A stretch of DNA of 64,000 bases from Promethearchaeota archaeon (GCA_019058245.1 JAHPZJ010000013.1:105166-169165), one strand, 5' to 3'. Counted from the first letter of the stretch, positions 1 through 11,132 are shown. The notes: generated from the sequence alone by a model not told the origin. A program made the numbers and translations.

Positions 1-123
1 TTAGGACGTCTAAAAGCTAATTCAGAAGGTCAAATATTAAAAGAGGCTTCAAATACAAAGGGACTAAAAATTTTTGATTATAATTATGCTTTTACGGTTG
101 CTAAGGAACTTCTAAAAAAATAG
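1..123 (+). CDS. 3' end of an unidentified gene (partial)
   Basis: Frame 1 open from the window start (LGRLKANSEG...KELLKK) to TAG at 121-123. Confidence 0.5.
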   Translation, partial: LGRLKANSEGQILKEASNTKGLKIFDYNYAFTVAKELLKK

Positions 124-200
124 AGAAAGAGAAAATAAATTTAAATTATTTTTTTCAAATTTTTTATTATTTTAAATAGATAAGAAGGGAGGGATAATAT

Positions 201-2471
201 TTGATTAGGGAGAGTAAAGATTCAGAATTAAAGTTAAGAATTAAAGATGCATTTAAGGAGGATGCTGGGAGGGGAATAGTACGAGTAGATCCTGAAATAA
301 TTAATATCCTTAAATTAAAAGTGAGCGATATCATTAGAATTACTCATCCTGTTATAGATAAAATAACAGTTGCTAAATTATTATCAGGAAGAGATGAGGA
401 TATTGGAAAGCGAGTTATTAGAATTGATCCTTCTCTAAGAAGAAATTTAAGTGCCTCGATTGATGATTTAGTGGAAATTAAAAAAATTGATGCAAATCCC
501 GCCGAAAGTATAACATTTGCAGGTCTTACTCATTATCTAATCCCACGTGATCCTCAAGCTTTAGCAAGGAAATTAGAAAAAAGAGTTATATCAATAAATG
601 ATAGTTTAAGTTTCTATGCAATGGGTCATAGAATTGATTTAGTTGTTGTAGAGTATGCTCCAAAATCAGAAGCGGTTATAATCAATTTGAATACGAAAAT
701 AATTTTCACAGAACAAGCTGAAGAAATTAATGAAGTTAAAGAAAGAAAGGTGAAATATGAAGAAATAAGTGATATAGGAAAAAAATTACAAAAAATTCGT
801 GAAAAAGTAACATACGAGGATATCGGAGGTTTAGAAGATACAATTCAAAAGATTAGAGAAATAATTGAGCTTCCAATAAGACATCCAGAATTATTTAAAA
901 AAATAGGAATAGAACCACCTAAAGGAGTACTTTTATACGGACCTCCTGGTACTGGAAAAACATTACTAGCAAAAGCAGTTGCCTCTGAAACCGATGCTCA
1001 CTTTATTAGTATTAGTGGTCCTGAAATCATGAGTAAATTTTTTGGTCAGAGTGAGGAAAACTTAAGGAATATTTTTGAAGAAGCTAAATCAAATGCACCT
1101 TCTATAATTTTTTTAGATGAATTAGATTCTATTGCTCCAAAAAGGGATGAAGGAAAGAATCAAGTTGAATCAAGAATAGTAGCTCAATTACTTTCTCTTA
1201 TGGATGGTTTAAAAGGAAGAGGGGAGGTAATTGTTATAGGTGCCACAAATAAAGTAAATAATATTGATATTGCCTTAAGGAGACCGGGCAGATTTGATAG
1301 AGAAATTGAAATTGGTGTTCCTGATAGCAATGGTCGATATGAGATTTTATTAATTCATACTAGAGGAATGCCATTAGATAATGATGTGAGTCTAAGAATA
1401 ATCGCTAACAAGACTCATGGATTTGTTGGAGCAGATATTAAATCGCTTTGTAAAGAATCTGCGATACTTGCAATTCGTGAAATTATTCCTAAAATTGACT
1501 TAGATAAACCTATCCCAGAAGAAATTCTAAATCATCTTAATATTAAAATGAGACACTTTATAGAAGCCTTAAACAGTATAGAACCTTCTGCTTTAAGAGA
1601 AGTATTGTTTACTTACCCAAATGAGGGATGGGATAATATCGGTGGACTAGAGGAAGTTAAGCAACAATTGAAAGAGGTGATTGAATGGCCATTGAAATAT
1701 CCCGGTTTTTATAAACACATGAAATCTAAACCCCCTAGTGGTATTTTAATGTATGGGGTACCAGGCACAGGAAAAACTTTACTAGCTAAAGCTCTTGCCC
1801 ATGAAACAGAGGTAAATTTTATATCTGTTAAAGGCTCTGAATTTTTGTCAAAATGGGTGGGAGAAAGTGCCAAAGCTGTACGCGAAACATTTCGAAAAGC
1901 ACGCTTATCAACTCCATGTATTATTTTTTTTGACGAAATTGACGCTATTGCTGCAAGGCGTTCAGAATCCTCAAGCTCAAAAGTAACAGAACAAGTCGTT
2001 GCCCAATTATTAACGGAAATTGATGGTTTAGAAGAATTGAATGATGTTATCTTAATTGCAGCTACAAATAGACCTGATTTGCTAGATCCTGCATTATTAA
2101 GATCAGGACGCTTTGGTAGGCACATTGAAATTCCATTACCAGATAAAAAATCACGTATGCAAATATTTAAAATTCATCTAAATAACCGTCCTATTGATGA
2201 CGATGTTGATATTGATTTATTAGTTGAAGAATTAGATGGATATACAGGTGCGGATATAAAAGCTTTATGCGAGGAAGCAACAATTCTGGCAATTAGAAGA
2301 GGAGTCTTTCAAACTGATATTGATTTATCTAATCCTAAAGCTTATTCTAACTTAAAAATTTCTCAAATAGATTTTGAAAAAGCTATAAATAAAATAAAAA
2401 CAGTAGCAAGTAATGCAAATAAATCGTATAGAACATCTATTAAAGAATTACCTGAAGAAATTTATAGATAA
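201..2471 (+). CDS. cdc48: CDC48/VCP family AAA+ ATPase
   Basis: N-domain (DAGRGIVR); two AAA modules ([16 protein letters not shown]; Walker B FLDE/FFDE; RRPGRFD); C-terminal HbYX-like IYR. Confidence 0.95.
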   Translation: MIRESKDSELKLRIKDAFKEDAGRGIVRVDPEIINILKLKVSDIIRITHPVIDKITVAKLLSGRDEDIGKRVIRIDPSLRRNLSASIDDLVEIKKIDANPAESITFAGLTHYLIPRDPQALARKLEKRVISINDSLSFYAMGHRIDLVVVEYAPKSEAVIINLNTKIIFTEQAEEINEVKERKVKYEEISDIGKKLQKIREKVTYEDIGGLEDTIQKIREIIELPIRHPELFKKIGIEPPKGVLLYGPPGTGKTLLAKAVASETDAHFISISGPEIMSKFFGQSEENLRNIFEEAKSNAPSIIFLDELDSIAPKRDEGKNQVESRIVAQLLSLMDGLKGRGEVIVIGATNKVNNIDIALRRPGRFDREIEIGVPDSNGRYEILLIHTRGMPLDNDVSLRIIANKTHGFVGADIKSLCKESAILAIREIIPKIDLDKPIPEEILNHLNIKMRHFIEALNSIEPSALREVLFTYPNEGWDNIGGLEEVKQQLKEVIEWPLKYPGFYKHMKSKPPSGILMYGVPGTGKTLLAKALAHETEVNFISVKGSEFLSKWVGESAKAVRETFRKARLSTPCIIFFDEIDAIAARRSESSSSKVTEQVVAQLLTEIDGLEELNDVILIAATNRPDLLDPALLRSGRFGRHIEIPLPDKKSRMQIFKIHLNNRPIDDDVDIDLLVEELDGYTGADIKALCEEATILAIRRGVFQTDIDLSNPKAYSNLKISQIDFEKAINKIKTVASNANKSYRTSIKELPEEIYR

Positions 2472-2515
2472 TTAATTTCTAGTAAGATTTTTTTCATTAT
2501 TCTAATTTTAATATT

Positions 2516-3061
2516 TTAAAATTGATTTAAGCTGATGATCTGATTACTTAATCTTTGAATGTTTTTCAATGCTTCTTCATCCTTTAAAACATCCCCTTCA
2601 TGGAAACCGAAACCTAATACGCCTGCAATCTTATTTACTTTAAGTCTTGATAAATATCCTTCCATTTCATTTATTCCAGAACCAATATCACGGCAACCAA
2701 CAATAACATAGCTACCAGTTTTGCCTTTTAATTGTCCTTTCCTTAAATGCCAAGTTCTTTCCATGAGAATTCTCATGTATGAATTAACTCCGCCCATGAA
2801 GATAGGACTAGATAAAATTATCACTTGAGCTTCTTTAAGTTTAGAATATATTACCTGCATATCATCATTAACAGAACATTCATCGTTTTCTATACAGTAA
2901 TAACACTCCTTACATGGATTTATATCATAATCTTTTAAATAGATTTTCTCAATTTCAAAATTATTATTTAATAAATCCAAGAGTTTATTAGTCAAAATTG
3001 CCGTGTTCCCATTTTTTCTTGGTGAACTTATAATCCCAATAGCTTTTTTCTTTAACTTCAA
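2516..3061 (-). CDS. Iron-sulfur flavoprotein / NADPH-dependent FMN reductase family
   Basis: SPRKNGNT FMN loop, CxxCxxCxxxxxC, SSPIF. Confidence 0.85.
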   Translation of the reverse strand: MKLKKKAIGIISSPRKNGNTAILTNKLLDLLNNNFEIEKIYLKDYDINPCKECYYCIENDECSVNDDMQVIYSKLKEAQVIILSSPIFMGGVNSYMRILMERTWHLRKGQLKGKTGSYVIVGCRDIGSGINEMEGYLSRLKVNKIAGVLGFGFHEGDVLKDEEALKNIQRLSNQIISLNQF

Positions 3062-3134
3062 TTTCTATATAATTTTTTTATTATTGGATTATGCATTAAA
3101 ATTTGAAATAGTGATAAAAAATTGATCTTTTTGA

Positions 3135-3623
3135 TTAGATTTTTCCAAAACTGGTTGGATAGTTAACCTCTATTCTATTTTTTTTATAATGTCTATTGTT
3201 ATATTCAATTATTTTTTTCTTTATGAGACTAGATGAATTTAATTTAAATTTATCATAAAATTTGTTTAGTCTTTCTACATCAACGTTCTCAAGATTCATA
3301 TCTTTTAATTTTTTCTTTAAATTATTTATATTAAAATTTTGATTTGGACCTAATAAAATGATATCAGGTTTAATTTCCAATACTTTTAATAATGTATTTT
3401 TATCTTGTCTTCCCAATATAGCTTCTTTTACATTTTTTAGATTCTTTATAACTTCTAACCTTTGTTTTTCAGGGATAATTGGCATATTTCCTGAAAATCT
3501 TTTTCTATTTTTATCTGTAGCTACTATTACATAAACTTCACCTAGTTTTGCAGCTTGGTTAATTAAAAATATGTGCCCTGGATGTAAAATATCGAATGTA
3601 CCAGCTATAAGTACTTTTTTAAC
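3135..3623 (-). CDS. ribL: FAD synthase (cytidylyltransferase family); start extended to a non-canonical codon (GTT)
   Basis: In-frame upstream of the track ORF: VKKVLIAGTFDILHPGHIF (HxGH); KPDIILLGPNQ; SSSLIK; GGTGA SD 6 nt upstream of GTT. Confidence 0.8.
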   Translation of the reverse strand, partial: VKKVLIAGTFDILHPGHIFLINQAAKLGEVYVIVATDKNRKRFSGNMPIIPEKQRLEVIKNLKNVKEAILGRQDKNTLLKVLEIKPDIILLGPNQNFNINNLKKKLKDMNLENVDVERLNKFYDKFKLNSSSLIKKKIIEYNNRHYKKNRIEVNYPTSFGKI

Positions 3624-3674
3624 GTTTAATCACCATATCTAAGAATCAAATTTACCTAATTTTAAAATTTAAGT

Positions 3675-4004
3675 TTATATCTTTTCAATTATTTCTTTCA
3701 AAATCTTTTCCCCGAAACTCCCAATCATGACCCCTTTATTCACAAATATTTCGCCGTTAATCTCAATGTTTTTATTTAAAAGTTTACCATTCTTAAAGAA
3801 TAATAATGCTGGTACTGCATTTATATTAAATTCACGAACCAAATTGATATTTTCATCAATATCAATTTCTATAAACTTAATAAATCCTTTATCCTTAAGT
3901 TTTTTTAAAACAGGGGCGAATAACTTACAAGAACTGCACCATTTAGAACAGATTACAATTATAAATATACCTTCATAAGAGCCATGGATTCCAAACTCTT
4001 TCAT
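3675..4004 (-). CDS. Thioredoxin family protein
   Basis: WCSSC motif, cis-Pro AVPA, FFKNGK. Confidence 0.8.
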   Translation of the reverse strand: MKEFGIHGSYEGIFIIVICSKWCSSCKLFAPVLKKLKDKGFIKFIEIDIDENINLVREFNINAVPALLFFKNGKLLNKNIEINGEIFVNKGVMIGSFGEKILKEIIEKI

Positions 4005-4147
4005 ATAATCAAAATTGATATAAATCCCTCTTTATAAACTTCTCTAATATATATTTTCTTAAATTAAAGCGTGAATAATGACCAATACTTTCAATGATTT
4101 CCATAGTTCAATTCGAAGATTTTTTTTGATTAGTTTGCTCTTGAAGG

Positions 4148-4339
4148 TTAATCTTTCAATTTCGCAAAGCAATCTTTACAAAAAAAAATTCTCCGTATCT
4201 TAGAAGCATCCCAAACCATATGGCCTGATTTATGCTTTGTTTCGCAACCCCAACACATTTTATATAAATCAGTGTCAACAAAATATTCATCATCAGTATG
4301 AAAAATATCGTCTTTAATTAATTCTTTATAAGTTCTCAC
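4148..4339 (-). CDS. Small Zn-finger-like protein
   Basis: CWGC...CKDC; GGAGA SD; palindromic operator upstream. Confidence 0.6.
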   Translation of the reverse strand: MRTYKELIKDDIFHTDDEYFVDTDLYKMCWGCETKHKSGHMVWDASKIRRIFFCKDCFAKLKD

Positions 4340-4370
4340 TTCTTTTTACATCTCCACTAAGTTATAGTTT

Positions 4371-4384
4371 TGAATAATTATTCA
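4371..4384. promoter_or_regulatory. Palindromic operator TGAATAATTATTCA
   Basis: Perfect 14-bp palindrome in a divergent intergenic region; single-mismatch variants at 4432-4445 and 4511-4524. Confidence 0.75.
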
Positions 4385-4575
4385 ATATCAACAGATTGTT
4401 TAATAAAAACCAACATAGAATTTAAGTATTGTGAATAATCATTCAAAACAGTCTATATCATAAAAGTCCCTTTCTTCCTGTACGAAATAAATAATTACAT
4501 TTAAGTTTTAGGAATAATTATTCACAATCTAGATTTTATTTTTTAAAAATCAAATGAACAATATAAACAAGAAGT

Positions 4576-4962
4576 GTGAGAATTATGAATAAAATTATTG
4601 GTATACCCTCTAATGGTGCTGAACTGTCAGATAATATATCACCACATTTTGGTCACTGTAATTATTTTCTCGGAATTGAAATTTCTAATTATGAAAAATA
4701 TAAAAAAGTCTTTTCTTTAGAGAATAATGGTCATTCAGGCTGTATGGAGCCTGTTATAAATATGAAACAACGAAATGTCTCAGAAATGATTCTAACTGGT
4801 ATCGGAATGCGTCCGTTTATGGGATTTCAACAAGTTAATATAAATTTATTTCAGGGTGTGAATACAACTATAGAAGAAAACATAAGATTATTTATTCAGG
4901 GAAAATTAAGACCAATGCGGAATTCTAGTTGTGCAACTGACTCTAGTCATACTCACACTTAA
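4576..4962 (+). CDS. NifB/NifX family (FeMo-co-binding-like) protein
   Basis: ISPHFGHC motif, GIGMRP; ATG at 4585 is an alternative start. Confidence 0.85.
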   Translation: MRIMNKIIGIPSNGAELSDNISPHFGHCNYFLGIEISNYEKYKKVFSLENNGHSGCMEPVINMKQRNVSEMILTGIGMRPFMGFQQVNINLFQGVNTTIEENIRLFIQGKLRPMRNSSCATDSSHTHT

Positions 4963-5023
4963 TTAAATAAAAATAAAATAAAATAGAATAAAAAAAAACT
5001 AAATATAAATTAGATGAGATATT

Positions 5024-5524
5024 ATGCCAAGCTTTAAAGAAACGTATGAAGCAATCAAGAATGATTGGAATGCTGGAGAGAAAAATTTCAATGTTAAGTG
5101 TGAAATGCTTAGTGAGGGAATGCAGTGTCAAGTAACAATGGGAGCAAAACCACATGTAATGATGATTGATGCTCCTGGTGGATTAGATGGAACTGATGAA
5201 GGACCCTCTCCTCTATTAGCAATATTGGGCTCTATTGGGGCTTGTATAATAGCAGTAACCAAATTCTGGGCAAAAATAATGGATATTAAACTTGAAGAAC
5301 TTGAAGTTTTTTCTCGAGGACATATTAATCTAGGTGCTATTTTTGGGATTGATGATTCAAAATTACCAGGCTACGATAAGCTTGAACCTGTTATTAGGAT
5401 TAAAGCAGATGCTCCAGAAGAAAAAATCAATGAATTAATGGATAAAGTATTAACTCATTGCCCAGTTATCACTAATTTTGGTGGAGCTTCTCCAATTAAT
5501 CCAAAAGTTCAAATTCGAAAATAA
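5024..5524 (+). CDS. OsmC family protein
   Basis: GPSP...LGSIGAC and HCPV cysteine pair. Confidence 0.85.
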   Translation: MPSFKETYEAIKNDWNAGEKNFNVKCEMLSEGMQCQVTMGAKPHVMMIDAPGGLDGTDEGPSPLLAILGSIGACIIAVTKFWAKIMDIKLEELEVFSRGHINLGAIFGIDDSKLPGYDKLEPVIRIKADAPEEKINELMDKVLTHCPVITNFGGASPINPKVQIRK

Positions 5525-5596
5525 GAATAATTTTATCCTTACTTTTTTTTTCTTTTATTATTTTATATAATATGTAATTTTTACAAATTATACTAT

Positions 5597-6034
5597 TTGA
5601 TTAAAAAAACAATGGAAAATGAAAAACTATTTCCGATAAGTATAAATCCAAATTTATGCGTCCTATGTCAAAGATGCTCCTATAGTTGCTCAAGTAAGGC
5701 AATATTCTTTAAGGAATCTAGGCGATATGTGGATTATGATAAATGTCAAGGATGCTTAAAATGTGTAGAGGTATGTGAACATGGTGCTATTGAGGTTATT
5801 TCGATTAAGGAAGGAAAATTAATAGGTTTTAATATTGATCAAGAAAGATGTAAGTTATGCGAAATCTGTCTTGAGAAGAATTTTTGCTTTCAAAATTTAT
5901 TTTTATTAAAAAAAACTAAAAAATCTGGGCATAAATGGATTGAATTTCAAGAAGGAAATTTCCAAAACTGCTTTAAATGTTTAAAGTGTTTTAAATCCTG
6001 CCCATTTAATGCTATTGTACCAAAAATTATTTGA
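5597..6034 (+). CDS. Polyferredoxin (multiple 4Fe-4S motifs)
   Basis: Four CxxCxxC-type motifs. Confidence 0.8.
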   Translation: MIKKTMENEKLFPISINPNLCVLCQRCSYSCSSKAIFFKESRRYVDYDKCQGCLKCVEVCEHGAIEVISIKEGKLIGFNIDQERCKLCEICLEKNFCFQNLFLLKKTKKSGHKWIEFQEGNFQNCFKCLKCFKSCPFNAIVPKII

Positions 6035-6075
6035 TTATAATTATATAATAAAAAAATCTAACAGAGGTAAATATA

Positions 6076-6264
6076 TTGAGTCGAAGAGGTGGAAGCAGGA
6101 GAGGACAGAGTGGCGGAAGAGGCCGAATGGGTGGTTCTAAAGCCGCTGGACCTAGTGGGAAATGCATTTGTCCAAATTGTAAAAAAACTGTTCCCCATCA
6201 AGTAGGTCTTCCCTGCTATAATCAAACTTGCCCAAAATGTGGGGCTAAAATGACTAGAGGCTGA
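6076..6264 (+). CDS. Small Gly/Arg-rich Zn-ribbon-like protein
   Basis: RGG-rich N-terminus, CICPNC...PC...CPKCG; GAGGT SD. Confidence 0.75.
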   Translation: MSRRGGSRRGQSGGRGRMGGSKAAGPSGKCICPNCKKTVPHQVGLPCYNQTCPKCGAKMTRG

Positions 6265-6279
6265 TATTAAAACATTGCT

Positions 6280-7020
6280 TTAGTTTTTATTTAATAAATT
6301 ATTAATTCTTTTCAATACAATAGAGGCTTTACCCTTTAAAAAAATATCAGCGATGGTATTTGTATAATTTGATTCACTGATGTTTATTTCAATAAATTTT
6401 GCTCTGTTTTTTGCTATGAAAGGAATAGCAGACGCAGGCATTATTTCTCCAGTTGTTCCAATTAATATATACAGATCCGCCAAAGATGTCTCTTCAACTG
6501 ATTTTTCATAAATATCTAGGGGGATTGGTTCTCCAAAAAAAACAAAATCTGGTTTTAATAAACCATGGCATTCTGGACAATGAGGAGGGGATTGTTTGAT
6601 AAACTCACTACTATTATAGTTATGATGACAATTTATGCAAGTTAATGTTCTAGAAGTACCATGAAATTCAATTACATTTCTATTTCCTGCTTTTTGATGT
6701 AAATTATCAATATTTTGAGTTATTATTGACTTGATATATCCCTTCTTCTCCATTTCTGCTAGAATATAATGGGCATCATTAGGAATTGCTTGTCCAAAAA
6801 AATCATAAAAAATTTCTTTAATTAATTCCCAAGATTTTTTTGGGTTTGTCAAAAAATAACTCGTTTCTAAAAAAATAGGATTGTATTTACTCCATAATCC
6901 ATTTTCACCTCGAAATGGTGGAATACCGCTTTCCACTGAAATCCCCGCTCCAGTAAAGACCACTGAATGCTTTGCTTCTGAAATCCACTTACTTGCTAAA
7001 AGATATAATTCTTTATCCAT
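6280..7020 (-). CDS. cobB: NAD-dependent protein deacylase (sirtuin)
   Basis: GAGISVESGIPPFRG, TQNIDNLH, HG, Zn CxxC pairs, KPDFVFFGE. Confidence 0.93.
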   Translation of the reverse strand: MDKELYLLASKWISEAKHSVVFTGAGISVESGIPPFRGENGLWSKYNPIFLETSYFLTNPKKSWELIKEIFYDFFGQAIPNDAHYILAEMEKKGYIKSIITQNIDNLHQKAGNRNVIEFHGTSRTLTCINCHHNYNSSEFIKQSPPHCPECHGLLKPDFVFFGEPIPLDIYEKSVEETSLADLYILIGTTGEIMPASAIPFIAKNRAKFIEINISESNYTNTIADIFLKGKASIVLKRINNLLNKN

Positions 7021-7224
7021 TTATTACTCTCATTCGATAAAAAAATTAATTTTGATAAAAATGAAACTCTACTTATGTATAAAGTATTATTACTAAAAAG
7101 CAGTTAACTTTAATAGTCAGAATAGAGGGAAAAATATATTAGGGAAAGTATTTAATGAAATTATTATTGTTTATATTATACTTATAATTTGATTTAGCTG
7201 AGGAGCACAGGAATATAACTAAAA

Positions 7225-7434
7225 TTGAAGAACGAAAATAGAACATGTAAATGGTATCCTGTTTGCCCAATTAAGTATTTTGTCGATCATGGAAAACTTG
7301 ATAGAAAATGGGTTGAAAATTATTGTTCAATTGGGAATAAAGAGTGTATAAGATATAAGCTAGAAGAAAGTGGAAAATTTCATCCTGATAATATGCTACC
7401 AAATGGTGAAATAAAGAAAGAACTTCATTATTGA
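7225..7434 (+). CDS. Small Cys-rich conserved-looking hypothetical protein
   Basis: CKWYPVCP...YC...C.RY, HPDNMLPNG. Confidence 0.65.
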   Translation: MKNENRTCKWYPVCPIKYFVDHGKLDRKWVENYCSIGNKECIRYKLEESGKFHPDNMLPNGEIKKELHY

Positions 7435-7520
7435 TAGAAACTCTAACTTAAAGATAATTTTTAAAACAAAAAGGAATTAAATACTAATTTATCTTTTCAA
7501 GTATCTAAGTTACCTTATTT

Positions 7521-7934
7521 TTATCCATGAAAATGATGGTGCTCGTGCTCATGATCGTCATCAGCTTCAGTATGGATTTTATCAACTCCATATCCCTTTC
7601 CACCTCCGGGAGCACATAAACTTTCTCCTCCCTTTAGAGTTCCGTCCAGTATTTGTTGAATGACATCATCAATTCTCCCTGTAACTCCTACAATAACATC
7701 AATTCCATATTCATTAAAAAATGCTTCGGCCCTTCGTCCCATACCTCCCGCAATCAAGCAATTTGCTCCTTGTTGATTTACAAATTGTGGTATACTTCCT
7801 ACTGTATGACCTGGATTTGGAAGTATTTTTTTCTCTACTACTTTACTATCTTCAATAGTAATAAAAGTAAATTCTGGTGCTCGACCAAAATGGGCACAAA
7901 CATTTCCTGAATCTGTACTAATAGCGATTTTCAT
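7521..7934 (-). CDS. NifB/NifX family protein with His-rich tail
   Basis: MKIAI...HFGRAPEF, IAGGMG, HEHEHHHFH. Confidence 0.88.
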   Translation of the reverse strand: MKIAISTDSGNVCAHFGRAPEFTFITIEDSKVVEKKILPNPGHTVGSIPQFVNQQGANCLIAGGMGRRAEAFFNEYGIDVIVGVTGRIDDVIQQILDGTLKGGESLCAPGGGKGYGVDKIHTEADDDHEHEHHHFHG

Positions 7935-7974
7935 TTTTTTTCATTTTAATTTTAAAATTTTATAATTATTAATA

Positions 7975-7990
7975 ATGAATAATTATTCAT
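7975..7990. promoter_or_regulatory. Palindromic operator ATGAATAATTATTCAT
   Basis: Perfect 16-bp palindrome between the divergent nifX-like and DUF134 genes. Confidence 0.75.
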
Positions 7991-8158
7991 AATATAAAAA
8001 TTCTTTCTCTTTAAATAATAAGATATGAGGAGTTATAATGTCTTTTAGAAGAATGTTTTAATAATTTTGAATAATTAATAATAAAAACTTGAATTAATAA
8101 TTTTATATAGGGAATAAAATAGTAACAATAGTTCAAATTATCTTTTTGGTGATTTGGT

Positions 8159-8578
8159 ATAGGAAGAAGAAGACATCGAAGATGGGTTAATCAGCCACCT
8201 GAGAATTTTTATTTTATCAAGGATTCAACATTAACGGAAGAATCAATAACTCTAACTGTTGCTGAATTTGAAGCAATGAGATTAAAGCATTATTTAGATA
8301 TGAATCAAAAAGCAGCAGCTGAAAGAATGGGTATCAGTCAACCTACATTCTCAAGAATTCTTGAGAGTGCTCATAAAAAAAATACTCTCGCAATAATCGA
8401 GGGGAAAGATATTAAAGTTTATGGAGGGAATTTTGATTATAAATTAAGTTTTAAAGGTTATGGGTGTTTAAATTGTAATCATGAATGGGAAGATTCTAAT
8501 GCCTCCAAGGAGCGAAAAGTTAATTGTGTAAAATGTGATTCTAATAATGTATATTACTTTGAAAGAGCATTGATTTAG
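8159..8578 (+). CDS. DUF134 HTH DNA-binding protein with C-terminal Zn ribbon; ATA start
   Basis: IGRRRHRRWV...LTVAEFEAMRL...QKAAAERMGISQPTFSRIL, CLNC/CVKC; GGTGA + 6 nt + ATA. Confidence 0.85.
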   Translation: MGRRRHRRWVNQPPENFYFIKDSTLTEESITLTVAEFEAMRLKHYLDMNQKAAAERMGISQPTFSRILESAHKKNTLAIIEGKDIKVYGGNFDYKLSFKGYGCLNCNHEWEDSNASKERKVNCVKCDSNNVYYFERALI

Positions 8579-8630
8579 AATCTAATTTTGTTAAACCTTT
8601 CTCAAAACTAATATTAATTTTTAAGGAAGA

Positions 8631-9551
8631 TTATTCCCATAGTATTTTTTTTAGATTTTCAAAAATCTTTTTAATAACTATGCTTGCTTTAGAATCAGGA
8701 GCAAATTCGACCACAGATTCAGCATAAGACATCGCTTGTGGTATTGATAAATCAAAGGGAATTTCTCCTAATTTTATATATCCTGTATCAGAGATAAATT
8801 TTTGAAATTCTTCTGTGAAAGGACTCTTTAAATCAGATTTGTTTATAATCAAACCAAATGGAATTCCAAAATGTTGAATAACTTCTATTACACGTATTAA
8901 GTCGTGTAAACCTGAAGGTGTAGGTTCAGAAATCGTTATAACATAGTCTAAATTTGAAATAGTTGCAATTACAGGACAACCTATTCCTGGGGGCCCATCA
9001 ATTAAAATTAAATTACTATTATCAATATCTTTTGAATTGTTTACATATTCTTTAACATCTGATACTAATTTTCCGGAAGATGTACTTCCTAATCGAGTTT
9101 TACCATAAATTAGAGGAAATCCAATTTTACTTTTGTATGAAATAATTTCTCCACTTTTTACAGTATTGATTTCAAAAGCATGTTCTGGACATAAAACTCT
9201 ACATGCTCCACATCCTTCACATTTTAAAAAATCAATTATTGGAATTGAATTTTGGTTATCCCAATTTAAAGCATTAAATTCACAGAAGTGATCGTCAATG
9301 CATTTTTTACAATTCACGCATTGATCTTCGATAAATTTAGCTTTTCTTGTAGCAAAAGTGTCTTCCTTTTTTATTTTTGCTTCATCTAGAGCAGGAAGGA
9401 TAATAGCTAAATTTGGAGCATCAACATCACAATCCATAACAATAACTTGGGTTTTTATATCCTTTTGTGCCAAACTCGCTAATGAAGCCGTTAGTGAAGT
9501 TTTACCTACTCCTCCTTTCCCTGATACTATACCTACTATCTTTCGTTCCAT
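8631..9551 (-). CDS. MinD-superfamily P-loop ATPase with inserted 4Fe-4S domain
   Basis: SGKGGVGKT, DCDVDAPN, ferredoxin motifs, DGPPGIGCPV. Confidence 0.9.
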   Translation of the reverse strand: MERKIVGIVSGKGGVGKTSLTASLASLAQKDIKTQVIVMDCDVDAPNLAIILPALDEAKIKKEDTFATRKAKFIEDQCVNCKKCIDDHFCEFNALNWDNQNSIPIIDFLKCEGCGACRVLCPEHAFEINTVKSGEIISYKSKIGFPLIYGKTRLGSTSSGKLVSDVKEYVNNSKDIDNSNLILIDGPPGIGCPVIATISNLDYVITISEPTPSGLHDLIRVIEVIQHFGIPFGLIINKSDLKSPFTEEFQKFISDTGYIKLGEIPFDLSIPQAMSYAESVVEFAPDSKASIVIKKIFENLKKILWE

Positions 9552-9572
9552 TTATCATTCACTTCTTCTAAA

Positions 9573-10535
9573 TTATTGTTTTATTGTTTTTAACCATTTT
9601 TTCAAATTTTCATAAATTTGAGTAAAACCAATATAACCCGCGCCTTCTCTATTAAATCCGCTGTTTTTTTCCATAATTGGAGTTCCTTGACAATATGATT
9701 CTACGATATCGGAATCTAAAGGAATATCACCCAAAATCTCAATGTTTTCATGCTCTAATTCATTTAAGAATTGTTCTCTAAATCCTAATAATGAAGATCT
9801 ATTTACAATTACACGAGTTTCTTTACCTAATAATTTAATCAATTCCATTATTCTGATTAGATCTAATTTACCAAATTTTGTTGGTTCTGTTATAGGAATT
9901 ACAATATCAGCATCAGCAATTAAAAGTTCAACATCACAATGAGCCCCTGGAGCAGTATCTAAAATAATAATATCAAATTTGCTAGGCTCTTTCTCAATAA
10001 TAGTTTTAAGTTTTTCAAGAAGAGCCTCAACTATCGCAGCTGAACGAGCTTCTGAGGGTTTTAACTCACCTAATAAAAGGGAGAGTCCATTAACAGTAGT
10101 AGAATAAATCCATCCCATCGTTTTTGAATCTGCTTCAATTGCATTTTCAGGACAAATTTTATAACATAATTGACATCCTGAACATAGTGTTAACATTGGA
10201 ATTGGAAATGTATCCTTAACATGTAAAAGAGCATTTGATAAACAATTTTGAGAACATAGTCCACATTTAGAACATTTTTTTTCAATAATTTTAGGTTTGA
10301 AAAATGGAACTTCTTTTTTGTTTTCAAGTTTTCCATTTAATAATAAATACGTATTAGGGTTCTCTACATCACCATCTATAAGTAGAACTTTATTTCCTTC
10401 ATTTTTGAACATAACAGCAAGATTTACAGCACATAATGTTTTTCCTGTTCCTCCTTTACCCCCAGTAATACAAATTACGTTAGGTTTTATATGGTTCATT
10501 AGACCTGTTTTTCTCTCAATTAACTGATATCTCAC
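9573..10535 (-). CDS. MinD-superfamily P-loop ATPase with inserted 4Fe-4S domain (partner paralog)
   Basis: GGKGGTGKT, DVENPN, ferredoxin motifs, DTAPGAHC. Confidence 0.9.
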   Translation of the reverse strand: MRYQLIERKTGLMNHIKPNVICITGGKGGTGKTLCAVNLAVMFKNEGNKVLLIDGDVENPNTYLLLNGKLENKKEVPFFKPKIIEKKCSKCGLCSQNCLSNALLHVKDTFPIPMLTLCSGCQLCYKICPENAIEADSKTMGWIYSTTVNGLSLLLGELKPSEARSAAIVEALLEKLKTIIEKEPSKFDIIILDTAPGAHCDVELLIADADIVIPITEPTKFGKLDLIRIMELIKLLGKETRVIVNRSSLLGFREQFLNELEHENIEILGDIPLDSDIVESYCQGTPIMEKNSGFNREGAGYIGFTQIYENLKKWLKTIKQ

Positions 10536-10547
10536 TTTTGGTTGATT

Positions 10548-10991
10548 CTATCTTCCCATTCCACGACCACCACCCATACCTCGACCGCCCCCCATTCCTC
10601 GGCCACCTCCCATTCCATAATGGGATGCAACATTTGAATTGGTGATTTTCTGTAATTTTCCTTCTAAATAGAGATTTATAACATCTTTTATTGTCATAGT
10701 TTCATTTGGAGCTTGAACGAGCTCTAAATTTAAAGCATTCAGTCCATTAGCAGCATTTGGTCCTAAAAATCCAACTATTACAATATTAGCACCATTATTT
10801 CCTATAATTTGAGCTGCTTGTACTCCCGCACCCCCCATCGCATTCGCAGCAGGATTAGGAACTGTTTTTACAGCTTTGATATCATTATTTTCAACTTCGA
10901 CAAATGTGAAACTTGCACATCTTCCAAAACGAGGACTTATCTGATCATTTAAACCTCCATTACCCATTGAAGGTACTGCAATAATACTCAT
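10548..10991 (-). CDS. NifB/NifX family protein with (GGGRGM)n tail
   Basis: ISPRFGRC, GGAGVQAAQ, GPNA. Confidence 0.88.
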   Translation of the reverse strand: MSIIAVPSMGNGGLNDQISPRFGRCASFTFVEVENNDIKAVKTVPNPAANAMGGAGVQAAQIIGNNGANIVIVGFLGPNAANGLNALNLELVQAPNETMTIKDVINLYLEGKLQKITNSNVASHYGMGGGRGMGGGRGMGGGRGMGR

Positions 10992-11040
10992 TTTTTTCTT
11001 TACCTTTTTAAATATAATTTTTAATAATAAGTTTTTAATT

Positions 11041-11060
11041 TAATGAATAATTATTCATTA
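11041..11060. promoter_or_regulatory. Palindromic operator TAATGAATAATTATTCATTA
   Basis: Perfect 20-bp palindrome between the divergent nifX/minD and mrp/iscU operons. Confidence 0.8.
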
Positions 11061-11132
11061 TTAGTTAATACAAAATTTGAAAATATATAAATTTAACCAT
11101 TAAATTTGATTACAATTAAGAGGTGTAAGATT

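Noticed and set aside
4371..4524. Spaced TGAATAATTATTCA copies as a CRISPR array
   Set aside because: Only 14 bp, irregular spacing, dispersed over promoters, no cas genes; better explained as operators
4576..10991. Nitrogen fixation inferred from NifB/NifX-like genes
   Set aside because: No nifH/D/K in the window, and this family is widespread in non-diazotrophic anaerobes
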